Assembly (NCBI GenBank): GCA_014730345.1
Contig: WJIJ01000082.1
Span: forward strand, 1-52,652
Length of the DNA: 52,652 nucleotides
From: Candidatus Zixiibacteriota bacterium
Lineage (GTDB): Bacteria; Zixibacteria; MSB-5A5; UM-FILTER-46-8
Direction of reading: 5' to 3'
In this document: positions 38,410 through 47,825 of the stretch, piece by piece
Layout of the letters: each line of letters starts with the position of its first letter
Numbering within the stretch: the stretch's first letter is position 1
Notes under the pieces: generated by a model
The model's input: the letters and a program-made list of their open reading frames with translations, nothing else
The model's database searches: none
What the model was told of the DNA's origin: nothing
Program-made: the position numbers and the translations under genes

Positions 38410-38934
38410 CTATTGGAGTACATAATCAATGAAATAGACGTTACGAACCACAATCGGTTTAAGCAGTTTATTCAGCTCCTGTAGAATGAGCTTGCGCAAG
38501 TAAGTCCGTTCATTCGGAGATGAAAGCTGTTCAACCGTTTCCGCGGAAAGAATCCCAATGAGGGCGTCCCTGACCACAATCGACCTTGATTCGACATGGT
38601 GCTTGGCTTCCTCGTCAGCGACCTCGATTCCGATAGAAGCCGACAGGTACCGTGTGCCCTGAGAACCCGCTGGGTTGATTACCAGGTCCGGAACAGTAAT
38701 TATTACGCCGGGTTTGGAAAGATCCTCAACCGGTTTGTTTTCCGGTTTAGCCCATTCCGGAACTCTCGGTTTTAAAACATGATTGACCACAATAAAAGCG
38801 AGAGCTATCGAGAGTAGTTCCAACATGATCAAACTGCTGGTTACTTTGCCGCCCTTAGCGGGCGCCGGCGCTTGTTGAGCCTCCTGTTCCGCGGCCTGCT
38901 CTTGTGTTTGTTCTTTTTCTTTTACTTCCGGCAT
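38410..38934 (-). CDS. fliL: FliL
   Basis: one TM helix; LVINPAGSQGTRYL..VRD..VYFIDYVLQ. Confidence 0.92.
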   Translation of the reverse strand: MPEVKEKEQTQEQAAEQEAQQAPAPAKGGKVTSSLIMLELLSIALAFIVVNHVLKPRVPEWAKPENKPVEDLSKPGVIITVPDLVINPAGSQGTRYLSASIGIEVADEEAKHHVESRSIVVRDALIGILSAETVEQLSSPNERTYLRKLILQELNKLLKPIVVRNVYFIDYVLQ

Positions 38935-38967
38935 CTTCGTATTCCCTGTGTTAATACTATTGCTCTA

Positions 38968-39213
38968 TTATTCTAACTCGGATAAATCGGCGGTTTCCGT
39001 ATTATATTTTTTCGATGTTTCTTTAATTCTTATTACCTGGCTATCGCCGCGAAACTCCTTAACGCTCTTGATAACCTCATCGACGGATTCCTTGACCATT
39101 ATCTTCTTGCCTGTGGTTAAGCAGATTATAGTTTCCGGTTTTTCCTCGATGAATTCAATGAGGTCCGAATTTATTACGAAAGTTCCGCCATTTATCCGAG
39201 TTACTTTAATCAC
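38968..39213 (-). CDS. flbD: FlbD/SwrD family flagellar protein
   Basis: MIKVTRING..VINSDLIEFIEEKPETII..GKKIMVKES. Confidence 0.92.
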   Translation of the reverse strand: MIKVTRINGGTFVINSDLIEFIEEKPETIICLTTGKKIMVKESVDEVIKSVKEFRGDSQVIRIKETSKKYNTETADLSELE

Positions 39214-39236
39214 TTCAACTTACCTTATCCAATTAA

Positions 39237-41501
39237 TTAACGTTTCAACTGCACTAACTCCGCGAGCATCTGGTCAGAAGTGGAAATAATCCTGGCATTG
39301 GACTGGAATCCCCTCTGGGATACAATCATAGTAGTAAATTCCTGGGCCAGGTCCACGTTGGACATCTCCAGCGCGCCTGAGGTTATGGTTCCGGAAATAG
39401 TTTCCCCGGCAATTCCCGGTACCGCGATTCCCGAGTTTGCTGATTCGATATACAGGCTGTTGCCCTGCTTTAACAATCCCATGGGATTGTTGAAGTCGGA
39501 AATGTATACCTGAGCCAGGGTACGGGAAACGCCATTGCTGAATACGCCCGTAATGGTGCCGTCTTCCGATATGGAAATGTCGTTTAGCACACCGGAGGCG
39601 TAGCCATCCTGGCTTATAGCCGAGGCGGTAAAATCGGAGGCGAATCCGGTTAAACCATCGAATTTATTGGCGGTTCCGGCGTTGAAATCGATTTCCATGG
39701 AATCCGCCCCGTTATTAGGATCGAACCGGAAACTCTGGGCTCCGCTATCGAAGGTAAAAGATGAAAGGGAACCGTCCTCATTAAAGACTACCTGTCCGGT
39801 ATTAGTACCGGTAATAACCTCGTTGCCGCTCAACGATGCTTCCCAATACCATGTGTTATCCTCGATAGATTTGGTAAATGTAAGAGTAACCGTATGCTTC
39901 GCGCCCTGGGTGTCATAAACAGTAATGGAAGCGGCATGCTGGGTTTCCTCTGTATCTATCTCGAGCGTGCCTGATTGCAGACCGCTGGAACCGCACACGG
40001 TGGTGATACCGCCGCCGCCGATATCTTCAATCCCGGTAACGATACCGGTATCAGAATCGGTGATAAGGGTCAACCCGATGGGAGATTCAGCGGTTCTGCC
40101 GGTGGGCGTGAATGTGTCGGTAGCCGACAAGGTCGAAGCGGTACCATTATTTACACTAAATGTAGCCGCGCCGCCGTTATTGAACACCTGCGCGGTAATA
40201 TTACCGGCGCCGTTGTCTTCCACATCGATATTATATGTTGAACCAGCCCCGGCATAGTCGCGTTCAAGCTGGACCTGTCCGCTTACAATACTGGCGGTAA
40301 CGCCCGGTAACTTGGCATTGATAGCCGAAATTAATTCGTTTATGGTACTGCTGGTAGTGAGTTCGGAGAATGTTACCCAGGTTCCGCCGTCCATTCTCAT
40401 CCTGAAATCGGCGGTGGAGGTTACGCCAAGAGCGGTGAGAGTTTCCTGGCCGGTCAGATTAATGGTGCCGTTGACCGAAGGTATATTTCCGCTTGCGGGA
40501 TCGCCATAGTCATCATAGGTAACGGTTGGCGATGTTACCGACGCGATATATCCATCGTTAGCGCCGCTATAATCCCCTGGGGTATCGGTACGGTAGATAC
40601 GGTAACCAGATGCTCCCGGTACAGCCGCCCAGTCCACCTGGACATAGTCGTTGGTGGCAAGAACATTCACCGCCGCGGATTCCACACCAAGGGTTTCGCC
40701 GAGATCATTATAAGCGGTAACGTAGTAATACCAGGTACCGGCACCTAAGGTCCACAAGCTACCGGCGCCCTGGGGAGTTCCAGTGGGAGCGGCGGCGTTT
40801 GCCAGTTGATTATCATGAGTACCGGATGCTTGAGAATTAGTAGCGTTAGTACCGGTAATGGTGATCAAGTGGGTACCGCCCACGCCGTCTACCGCGGTTC
40901 CGCTGACGCTGGTGATTCCGGTTGTGCCAGCGGATGAGAGGCTCGCTTCGGCATCGGTGGCGTCGGAATCGAGATTATTGGCAAACTGGATCTCTGTGGT
41001 CTCATTAGCCGGGTCCTGCTGACCGAAGGGAACGGTAATATCATCGATAGGCGTTCCGGCTTCGATATCTCCATCGAGGTTAGCCATCTTACCCTGCAGA
41101 ATGTAACCGGTGGAATTATGAATCATCCGCGCGTCGCCATCGAAGCCGAAGGAACCGGCGCGGGTATAGTAGGTAGCGCTGCCATCGGAAACCATAAAGA
41201 ATCCAGAGCCCTGGATAGCAAGGTCGGTAGTAATACCGGTGGATTCCAACCCTCCCTGTTGAAACTGGTTATCAATAGAAGCTACTGACATCCCCAGTCC
41301 TAACTGGAGAGGGTTGGTTCCTCCGGATGAAGAGGTTGGCCGTCCTGCACCCCGCAGTGTCTGAACCAACGCCTCTTGAAAGGTTACTCTTCCGAGTTTA
41401 TAACCGATTGTATTTACATTAGCGATGTTATCGCCGACAATGTTCATCTTTACCTGATGATTTTTCAAGCCGGATACACCGGCAAAAAGTGATGCCATCA
41501 T
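39237..41501 (-). CDS. flgE: hook protein FlgE (754 aa, large insert)
   Basis: SLFAGVSGL, GDNIANVNTIGYK, YTRAGSF; C-terminal SNVDLAQEFTTMIVSQRGFQSNAR. Confidence 0.96.
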   Translation of the reverse strand: MMASLFAGVSGLKNHQVKMNIVGDNIANVNTIGYKLGRVTFQEALVQTLRGAGRPTSSSGGTNPLQLGLGMSVASIDNQFQQGGLESTGITTDLAIQGSGFFMVSDGSATYYTRAGSFGFDGDARMIHNSTGYILQGKMANLDGDIEAGTPIDDITVPFGQQDPANETTEIQFANNLDSDATDAEASLSSAGTTGITSVSGTAVDGVGGTHLITITGTNATNSQASGTHDNQLANAAAPTGTPQGAGSLWTLGAGTWYYYVTAYNDLGETLGVESAAVNVLATNDYVQVDWAAVPGASGYRIYRTDTPGDYSGANDGYIASVTSPTVTYDDYGDPASGNIPSVNGTINLTGQETLTALGVTSTADFRMRMDGGTWVTFSELTTSSTINELISAINAKLPGVTASIVSGQVQLERDYAGAGSTYNIDVEDNGAGNITAQVFNNGGAATFSVNNGTASTLSATDTFTPTGRTAESPIGLTLITDSDTGIVTGIEDIGGGGITTVCGSSGLQSGTLEIDTEETQHAASITVYDTQGAKHTVTLTFTKSIEDNTWYWEASLSGNEVITGTNTGQVVFNEDGSLSSFTFDSGAQSFRFDPNNGADSMEIDFNAGTANKFDGLTGFASDFTASAISQDGYASGVLNDISISEDGTITGVFSNGVSRTLAQVYISDFNNPMGLLKQGNSLYIESANSGIAVPGIAGETISGTITSGALEMSNVDLAQEFTTMIVSQRGFQSNARIISTSDQMLAELVQLKR

Positions 41502-41556
41502 AACTTAAGTTCCTCCTCTGGTTAGTCCAGAGAGCCTCCTCAACGAGGTCCAGCTC

Positions 41557-41943
41557 TCATGCAATTACTGTGCTGTCGATATTAGTGAATATCGACTCCT
41601 TCATCTGTTTGGTCTGCATCGCGGTCAGTATAGTATTATTCTTAACCGAGACCACGAACGCGAGGTCGTTCAATAAAACCAGTGAATCACGGGAGCCCTT
41701 GGATTGGGCCCTGTCTACAGCGTCTCTCAACTTGGCGATATCCGAATCGGTAAGCGAGATTCCCCTTCTCTCGAGCCTCTTGGCGGCGTGTCCGGAAAGC
41801 TTTAACTTTTTGCCGTCAAATGCTTTCTGGAGTTCATCCTGAAAAGGTACGCCTCCTGCCGGTTTAACGGGACCGGCAGGTTGAATCGGGGGCGTAGGTT
41901 TTATTTGAATATGATTAACCTTTTCGTGTACTTCCATCGCCAT
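41557..41943 (-). CDS. TIGR02530-family flagellar operon protein
   Basis: LKLSGHAAKRLERRGI..KGSRDSLVL..VVSVKNNTILTA..IFTNIDS; between flgD and flgE. Confidence 0.9.
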   Translation of the reverse strand: MAMEVHEKVNHIQIKPTPPIQPAGPVKPAGGVPFQDELQKAFDGKKLKLSGHAAKRLERRGISLTDSDIAKLRDAVDRAQSKGSRDSLVLLNDLAFVVSVKNNTILTAMQTKQMKESIFTNIDSTVIA

Positions 41944-42637
41944 CGCCTTCACCTTCGCTGATTTCAAGGATGTTGGAGAACTGGATCTTACGTCCGTCGA
42001 CAATAAGGTAAGTCGCGCCGTCCTCATAGGAAACGCCTTCAACATATCCGGCAACCAGCGTTCTGGTTGACACCGCTTCACCGTTGGCTTTCTCCGCGCT
42101 TACCTGGAAAGTATACTTTCCGGAAGCAAGCCTGTTGCCGTTATCGTCTCTTCCATCCCATTCTACTTCATTGATACCCTCGTTCAATTCTGATTCAGAA
42201 ATAGTGCGCACAAGGCTTCCCTGGGCGTTAAAGATGCGTATTTCAACATCATACGCGTCCCCCCCCAGTTCGAAGCTGATTTCGGCGTCCTTGTCACCGA
42301 TAATCTCAACGGTATTGCCGGCCGCTTTTACTTCTTTGCCAATAAGCTGGGTAGCCAGGGTGTTGGTAATTGTCTGGCTCAAGAGATAATCAAGCTCGGC
42401 ATTTCTCTGGGCATTTTCGTTGAGGTTGGTCAGCTGTTCGAGTGAGGAAAACTGCGCCAGCTGGGCTACGAATTCCTGATCCTTCATGGGTTCGAGAGGA
42501 TCCTGGTTTTTTAGTTGAGCGACCAATAGATTAAGGAAGTCGTTCTTTCCCATGATTTCGCTACTGGAGAAATAATTGGTCCCCAAATTAGAAGCGCCGG
42601 GAAAGTTATTGGTATCGACGTTGTTAACCTGCGACAT
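41915..42637 (-). CDS. flgD: hook cap protein FlgD
   Basis: GKNDFLNLLVAQLKNQDPLEP..FVAQLAQFSSLEQ; WDGRDDNG Ig domain. Confidence 0.97.
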   Translation of the reverse strand: MSQVNNVDTNNFPGASNLGTNYFSSSEIMGKNDFLNLLVAQLKNQDPLEPMKDQEFVAQLAQFSSLEQLTNLNENAQRNAELDYLLSQTITNTLATQLIGKEVKAAGNTVEIIGDKDAEISFELGGDAYDVEIRIFNAQGSLVRTISESELNEGINEVEWDGRDDNGNRLASGKYTFQVSAEKANGEAVSTRTLVAGYVEGVSYEDGATYLIVDGRKIQFSNILEISEGEGDGDGSTRKG

Positions 42638-42646
42638 CGTTCCTCC

Positions 42647-44386
42647 TTAAGCTAAACAGTCTACTCCGTTAGCATTTACATAATATTTGCGATTACTTTC
42701 CGCCCCATCCGTACCGGGATGGTTTACGGAATTACCGCCGCCTTTTCCAGGACCATGGTTGTTTGAACCTTTAGAACCTTCCGAGTTCATATTCTCGGGG
42801 GTGTCGTTTTGGTTATTGAAAACCATATCCCTGAACTTAGCGTCGAACCTGATATCAATTTTATCGAGGTTCACGCCCGAAGACTGCAGTATCGATTTCA
42901 CTTCGTCCATCCCTCCCCGAAGGGCTTTGAATACTTCTTCTGAATCAACTTTCATGTTGATATTGATCACGCCCCTGGATTGGGTAAACCGCAGTAAAAC
43001 ACTTCCCAATTCGGGAGGATAGAGTTTAATACTCAGGGTTCTTCCCTGAATATTAGAGTTGGTCTTTACCATGTCGGTAATAGACCTGGCAACCTCCTGA
43101 GGAAGTACCTTGCTGAGGTTTTGTTTGGGGATTTCGAGTTTTGTTTCCGTAAGAGTACCGGGATTCAAATTATCTAATCCCCTGGCTTTAACCTGCGCGG
43201 ATGCTTCCTTAGCCGAGAATTGCGCCGATGCAGGTTTTGTGTTGCCGGATACAACTTTCTTTGGCGAATCGTGTTTCTGTTTATCAGCGGTTTTAACCGT
43301 TCTTACCCGATTATCTTTGGCAACCGGTGTTTTTTTAAGGGCGCTGTTAACTTTATCCCTGTTATTGGAAACTTCGGTTGATTTTGAATCGGATTTCGGT
43401 TTCTCGCCGGGTTTTAACTCGGCAACGGTCTTGCTGGATTTCGGTTCGGTTACCGTTTTCTTCTCTGGATTTTCTGCCCGAGCCGGTTCCTTTCGCTTCA
43501 CGTCATTTCTGATAACCGGTTTACTCGAAGGAACGGGTAACTCGGTTGGCTTTTCAGCCGGCAACTTCGTGCTTTTTTGAGAATCCAGATGCTCGAAAAC
43601 AGCGTGTCTTGTCCATTCCGGTTTCAAGGCGTTAACGTCAACAATCCGTTTTGCTGATGGAAGAATAGACTTCCCGCTTACAACCTTCACACCGCTCTTT
43701 ATTTCGACTTTATGAACGCCCTGTTTCTGGTCAACCTTTTGATTTCCATTTTTAGAGTTTTCCGCCGGCCTGGGCTTATCAATAACAGCTTTGATATCAT
43801 TGTTCGCCTTCGTTGACTTTTGACCGCCCTTGCTACTTTCGCTGAATGGATTTAACCGTTCTTTAGGCTCGGGCATGTCCTTAACGGAAACCTTGGACAG
43901 TTTGCTAATAATAGTATCACTATTGGTTTCCTTGAGCTGAATGCCTTCGAGTTTGAAAGCACGGATATCATTATCATTTTTCAACAAGGGGGCTTTCATT
44001 TGGAAATCTCTGGTTTCGACCTTTCCGGTTTTGATTTCGAAAACGAACTTCTGGTTTTCCGCTGTCCGACTCCGCGGTCCCAGCGTAACTGCGTTTTTCA
44101 GCTTAACAACACCTTTGGAGTCCTCAGCTTTTTGAGGGTTAGCCTCCGCCAGTTTGGATTTACCGCCCTCTTTTTTGGCAAGCACGGTTTCGGCTTTATG
44201 TCCGGTTTCGGCACTGGTTTTTGCTTCATTGATTGAAGCGTTCAGCGCCGCCGGAAATGATTCCTTCGTTTCCGAATCGGAGCCGTCGGCTTTGCCGGTT
44301 TTGCCCGGCGGTTTCAACGTTCTCTCGCCCAGGGATTTTTCCGGGGCGGGAGCGGCATTGGCAAGCATTGCCTGGAGTTCGTTCAT
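42647..44386 (-). CDS. fliK: hook-length control protein FliK
   Basis: long low-complexity region; C-terminal IKLYPPELGSV; precedes flgD. Confidence 0.88.
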   Translation of the reverse strand: MNELQAMLANAAPAPEKSLGERTLKPPGKTGKADGSDSETKESFPAALNASINEAKTSAETGHKAETVLAKKEGGKSKLAEANPQKAEDSKGVVKLKNAVTLGPRSRTAENQKFVFEIKTGKVETRDFQMKAPLLKNDNDIRAFKLEGIQLKETNSDTIISKLSKVSVKDMPEPKERLNPFSESSKGGQKSTKANNDIKAVIDKPRPAENSKNGNQKVDQKQGVHKVEIKSGVKVVSGKSILPSAKRIVDVNALKPEWTRHAVFEHLDSQKSTKLPAEKPTELPVPSSKPVIRNDVKRKEPARAENPEKKTVTEPKSSKTVAELKPGEKPKSDSKSTEVSNNRDKVNSALKKTPVAKDNRVRTVKTADKQKHDSPKKVVSGNTKPASAQFSAKEASAQVKARGLDNLNPGTLTETKLEIPKQNLSKVLPQEVARSITDMVKTNSNIQGRTLSIKLYPPELGSVLLRFTQSRGVININMKVDSEEVFKALRGGMDEVKSILQSSGVNLDKIDIRFDAKFRDMVFNNQNDTPENMNSEGSKGSNNHGPGKGGGNSVNHPGTDGAESNRKYYVNANGVDCLA

Positions 44387-44411
44387 ATCCCTCCTTTCCT
44401 TTTTCTACAGG

Positions 44412-44939
44412 TTATTCTTCTTCCCTGGTCATAATCATCCTGCTGATTTTAGCGGCTCGCTCTGGTTCCATGAAAGCAAGAACCTTGGCGGCGCCCCTTG
44501 ATTTCATCAACGGGATAACTTTTGCAACCAGGGTATCATCCATATTAGAAAATATTTCCGCTAATTTTTCCCGGCCTATACTATCATAAAGGTTAGCCAG
44601 TGATTTTAAATCTTCGGATTTCGCTGATTCGCGAACGGCGAGGTAATGTTGAACCTCTTCTTTCAACTTCTCCAGTCTTTCTTTTTCTTCCTCCAGCTCA
44701 GCCCACGCGCTGTCAGATGGGAATGGACGTTCGCGATACAGGGGTTCTTCCACGTGCGTTTCGGTTTCCTCAAGGAGTTCCTTAAGGGCGGGATCCGGCG
44801 GCGGATCCAGCGCGGCCATTATATTAACGTTCGACATTGCCGCGAAAATAAATACGAATATAACAAATGTTACAATCGGTATGAGCAGGGTCAATATCCC
44901 GCTTTTAATACTTGATAGTTTTCCTTTTGCTTTGCTCAT
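44412..44939 (-). CDS. MotE/YlxF/FlbB-like protein
   Basis: N-terminal TM helix, coiled coil, LANLYDSI..LMKSRGAAKVLAFMEPERAAKIS; between fliJ and fliK. Confidence 0.8.
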   Translation of the reverse strand: MSKAKGKLSSIKSGILTLLIPIVTFVIFVFIFAAMSNVNIMAALDPPPDPALKELLEETETHVEEPLYRERPFPSDSAWAELEEEKERLEKLKEEVQHYLAVRESAKSEDLKSLANLYDSIGREKLAEIFSNMDDTLVAKVIPLMKSRGAAKVLAFMEPERAAKISRMIMTREEE

Positions 44940-45004
44940 GGGTTTTCTTAAAACCTCCTTAGATTCCGATTATCCGGTAAAGGCTTTTATCCTCTTTCAA
45001 TGAA

Positions 45005-45021
45005 AGCAACAGACGTGCCAC
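45005..45021 (-). promoter_or_regulatory. sigma-54 promoter of the motE-like/fliK/flgDE operon
   Basis: GTGGCACG-TCTG-TTGCT, a full consensus match. Confidence 0.85.
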
Positions 45022-45137
45022 TATTTTCAGACCGAAAGATGCTTCGGTAACCTCTTTTCCTTCTTTGAGATATAATCATGTCTCCTTTCCCAATTACAAC
45101 ATTACGCACAATCGTTAAGAATTATATTCCTATTTAA

Positions 45138-45599
45138 TCAGACATTTTTTCCTTCCCATTCGAAACTAAGCCGGGAAGCAGTTTCATCAATTATCTTCAT
45201 TTCTTTTCTATTCGTGACTTTCTTGTAATTCTCATACATTTTCTCGCGGTACTTGTTAAATTTCTCTTCTTCTTTGACCGCTTCCTGGAGTTCTACGCGG
45301 CGTTCTTCAATTTCAACCTCGATTTCTTTTATTTCGGCGATGCAGGTTTTCTGTTCTGAGTCATTTACCTCGAGTGTTCTGACTATCACATCAGTTTTAC
45401 CTTTATCCACCTTGCCGCCGGAAATCAGGCGTTCGAGATTCTCCTGTTCAATCGCGGCGCTTTCTTTCAAGTTCTGAAGCCACTCTTCACGGAGATACAA
45501 TTTTCCATAACTCTCCCCTAATCTCCTCTGCGCTTCCTTGGTCTTGAACCTCCTGATACGCCGGAGCTTTTCGAAGGGGAATTGAAATTTCTTAGGCAT
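45138..45599 (-). CDS. fliJ: export protein FliJ
   Basis: KKFQFPFEKLRRIR...EMKIIDE; follows fliI. Confidence 0.88.
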   Translation of the reverse strand: MPKKFQFPFEKLRRIRRFKTKEAQRRLGESYGKLYLREEWLQNLKESAAIEQENLERLISGGKVDKGKTDVIVRTLEVNDSEQKTCIAEIKEIEVEIEERRVELQEAVKEEEKFNKYREKMYENYKKVTNRKEMKIIDETASRLSFEWEGKNV

Positions 45600-45601
45600 A
45601 G

Positions 45602-46951
45602 CTATTGTTTATCTTCGGCAGGTTCGAACTTTTTGTTGACAATGTTTTTTAGCTCCCCTATGGCTTCTTCAGGAACAGACTTCTCCATTATCTTCTGCTG
45701 GAGAAAAGTCCGGATAGGTCCAATTTTAGCGATGGCTTCATCAATATCCTTTGATGAACCTTTGGCGTAAGCGCCGATATTGATAAGATCCTCCGCGTCA
45801 TTGTAAACCGCCATCAGTCTTTTACACTCATTGGCTACCGAAAGGTGTTCCTCATTAATTATATCAGGCATAACCCTGCTGATCGACGAGTTAACATCTA
45901 TCGCCGGATAGAGATTTCTCGCGGCGAGTTTTCTCGACAGGACTATATGCCCGTCAAGGGTTGCCCTGGCAGAATCGGAGACCGGCTCATCGTGGTCATC
46001 ACCTTCCACCAGCACAGTGTAGATGCCGGTAATCGAACCGGCCTGGGAAGCGCCCGCCCTTTCAAGCAATTTGGGGATCAATGTGAAAGATGATGGCGTA
46101 TATCCCCTTGTAGTAGGAGGTTCTCCGGCGGCTAAACCAATTTCCCTCTGGGAGGTAGCAACACGGGTAAGCGAATCCATCATCAACATAACATTATCTC
46201 CCCGGTCACGGAAATATTCAGCTATCGCCGTAGCTAAAAACGAGCCCTTTATCTTTAACAGCGGCGATTCATTGGATGTAACCACCACCACGACAGACCT
46301 GCTGAGGCCTTCTTCGCCAAGGTCCTTTTCGATGAATTCCCGGACCTCGCGGCCGCGCTCTCCTATTAGCGCTATAACATTGACATCGCCATAACAATTA
46401 CGGGCGATCATGCCCATAAGAACCGATTTGCCGAGTCCGCTTCCAGCGAAAATCCCGATACGTTGACCTTTACCGATTGTCAATAGTGAATCGAGAGAGC
46501 GGATGCCGGTGAAAAACGGTTCCCGTATTCTCCTTCGTTTTAACGGATGGGGAGCCTTGTTATTGAGGGTAACATAATCATTACCCCTGATGGGACCTTT
46601 TCCGTCAATCGGATTTCCCAAACCATCAATAACTCTCCCGATGATACTCGGTGATATCCTGGCCATCAGTGGGCTGGTGGTTAGCTTAATCTCCGCCCCG
46701 GGCATGATTCCCACGCTGTCATCGAGGGCCATAAGAATAATTTTATCGCCGTTAAAACCTATAACTTCGGCGATTACCCGCTCTCCCCTGTTTCCCGTGG
46801 AAATTTCGCATATCTGCCCCACGCTTGCTTTCAAGCCTGTAGCCTGGTAGATAAGACCTATAGAACGGGTCACCCTGCCCGATAGAAAATATTCGGGAGT
46901 ATCCTCAATTAATGGTCTATATGATTGATAGGTATCATATTGAAACTTCAT
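45602..46951 (-). CDS. fliI: export ATPase FliI
   Basis: AGSGLGKS, IGERGREVREF, MDSLTR, LDGHIVLSR. Confidence 0.97.
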   Translation of the reverse strand: MKFQYDTYQSYRPLIEDTPEYFLSGRVTRSIGLIYQATGLKASVGQICEISTGNRGERVIAEVIGFNGDKIILMALDDSVGIMPGAEIKLTTSPLMARISPSIIGRVIDGLGNPIDGKGPIRGNDYVTLNNKAPHPLKRRRIREPFFTGIRSLDSLLTIGKGQRIGIFAGSGLGKSVLMGMIARNCYGDVNVIALIGERGREVREFIEKDLGEEGLSRSVVVVVTSNESPLLKIKGSFLATAIAEYFRDRGDNVMLMMDSLTRVATSQREIGLAAGEPPTTRGYTPSSFTLIPKLLERAGASQAGSITGIYTVLVEGDDHDEPVSDSARATLDGHIVLSRKLAARNLYPAIDVNSSISRVMPDIINEEHLSVANECKRLMAVYNDAEDLINIGAYAKGSSKDIDEAIAKIGPIRTFLQQKIMEKSVPEEAIGELKNIVNKKFEPAEDKQ

Positions 46952-47825
46952 TGCCGCCGTGAGTAATATTTTTTATCAATTCCTGCCAGCGTCTTTCGAT
47001 TGTAGCATCAATTTTGCCCAGGTCAGTCTCCATGATACAACCGCCGGGTTTAATAGAATCATCTCCCTCGAGAGTGAGAACGCCTTTGCCGCTGTAGCGT
47101 GGCAATAAATCCGGGGCCGCTTCTTTGGCTTTTTCCAATTCTTCGGGATTAACCTTGATGATTAGTTTCTTTTCTCCCACGAGGGAATCTGAAGACCCTT
47201 TTATCGCCTTTAATAGCGTATTGGGAGGAATGAAGTCATTATCCATTACGATCCTGTTAACCAGAGCGCAGGACAGTTTCACAAGATTCTCTTCCAGCGA
47301 ATTATGGGTTTCTTTCCAACCTTCGGTAATCGCTTTCATGAGCCTGTCGAGTTCATTCCGCTTATGCTCCGCTTTAGATAATCCTTCGGCTAATCCTTCT
47401 TCTTTTCCCTTAGCAATACCTTCCTGAACCCCGGTTTCCTTTCCGCTTTCAAATGCCTTTTCCTTTTCCGAACTCAAGGTAGTTTCGAATTCGGATTCGA
47501 GTTCCCCGCGCAGGGACTGCAATTGTTCCTGCAAATCCTGCTCGGTATATATCTTTTCCGGTTCCGGCGGTTCCTGCGGAATATCTTCTTCAACGTATTC
47601 ATTTCCACCGAAACTGTCTTCGGTGGAAATATCATCTGTTCCGGGGGCGAGATCTTCTGTAAGGTCTTTCTCCAAAGCGAGGGCCGGGAATTCGGCTGAT
47701 TCTACCCCCGCGTTTGTTAAATCCTGTGATAAAATCACCGCCTGTTTTTTCTTTATTGATAATTCTTTGCCTTCGGATTCTCCATCCTCAAGGAGGATCT
47801 TCTCTTTTTGGAGGATTCTAAACAA
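46935..47825 (-). CDS. fliH: FliH
   Basis: GxxxG repeats (GKETGVQEGIAKGKEEG); GGCIMETDLGKIDAT. Confidence 0.92.
   Translation of the reverse strand: MFRILQKEKILLEDGESEGKELSIKKKQAVILSQDLTNAGVESAEFPALALEKDLTEDLAPGTDDISTEDSFGGNEYVEEDIPQEPPEPEKIYTEQDLQEQLQSLRGELESEFETTLSSEKEKAFESGKETGVQEGIAKGKEEGLAEGLSKAEHKRNELDRLMKAITEGWKETHNSLEENLVKLSCALVNRIVMDNDFIPPNTLLKAIKGSSDSLVGEKKLIIKVNPEELEKAKEAAPDLLPRYSGKGVLTLEGDDSIKPGGCIMETDLGKIDATIERRWQELIKNITHGGNEVSI

Noticed and set aside
38410-39213. Idea of a stator-less, non-rotating flagellum because motAB is missing from the ORF track
   Set aside because: A MotB C-terminal domain is encoded at 52290-52652 and FliG retains its torque-helix charges
41944-42081. 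N-terminal extension of the TIGR02530 ORF
   Set aside because: It overlaps flgD in another frame; an ATG at 41943 or 41937 gives the expected protein
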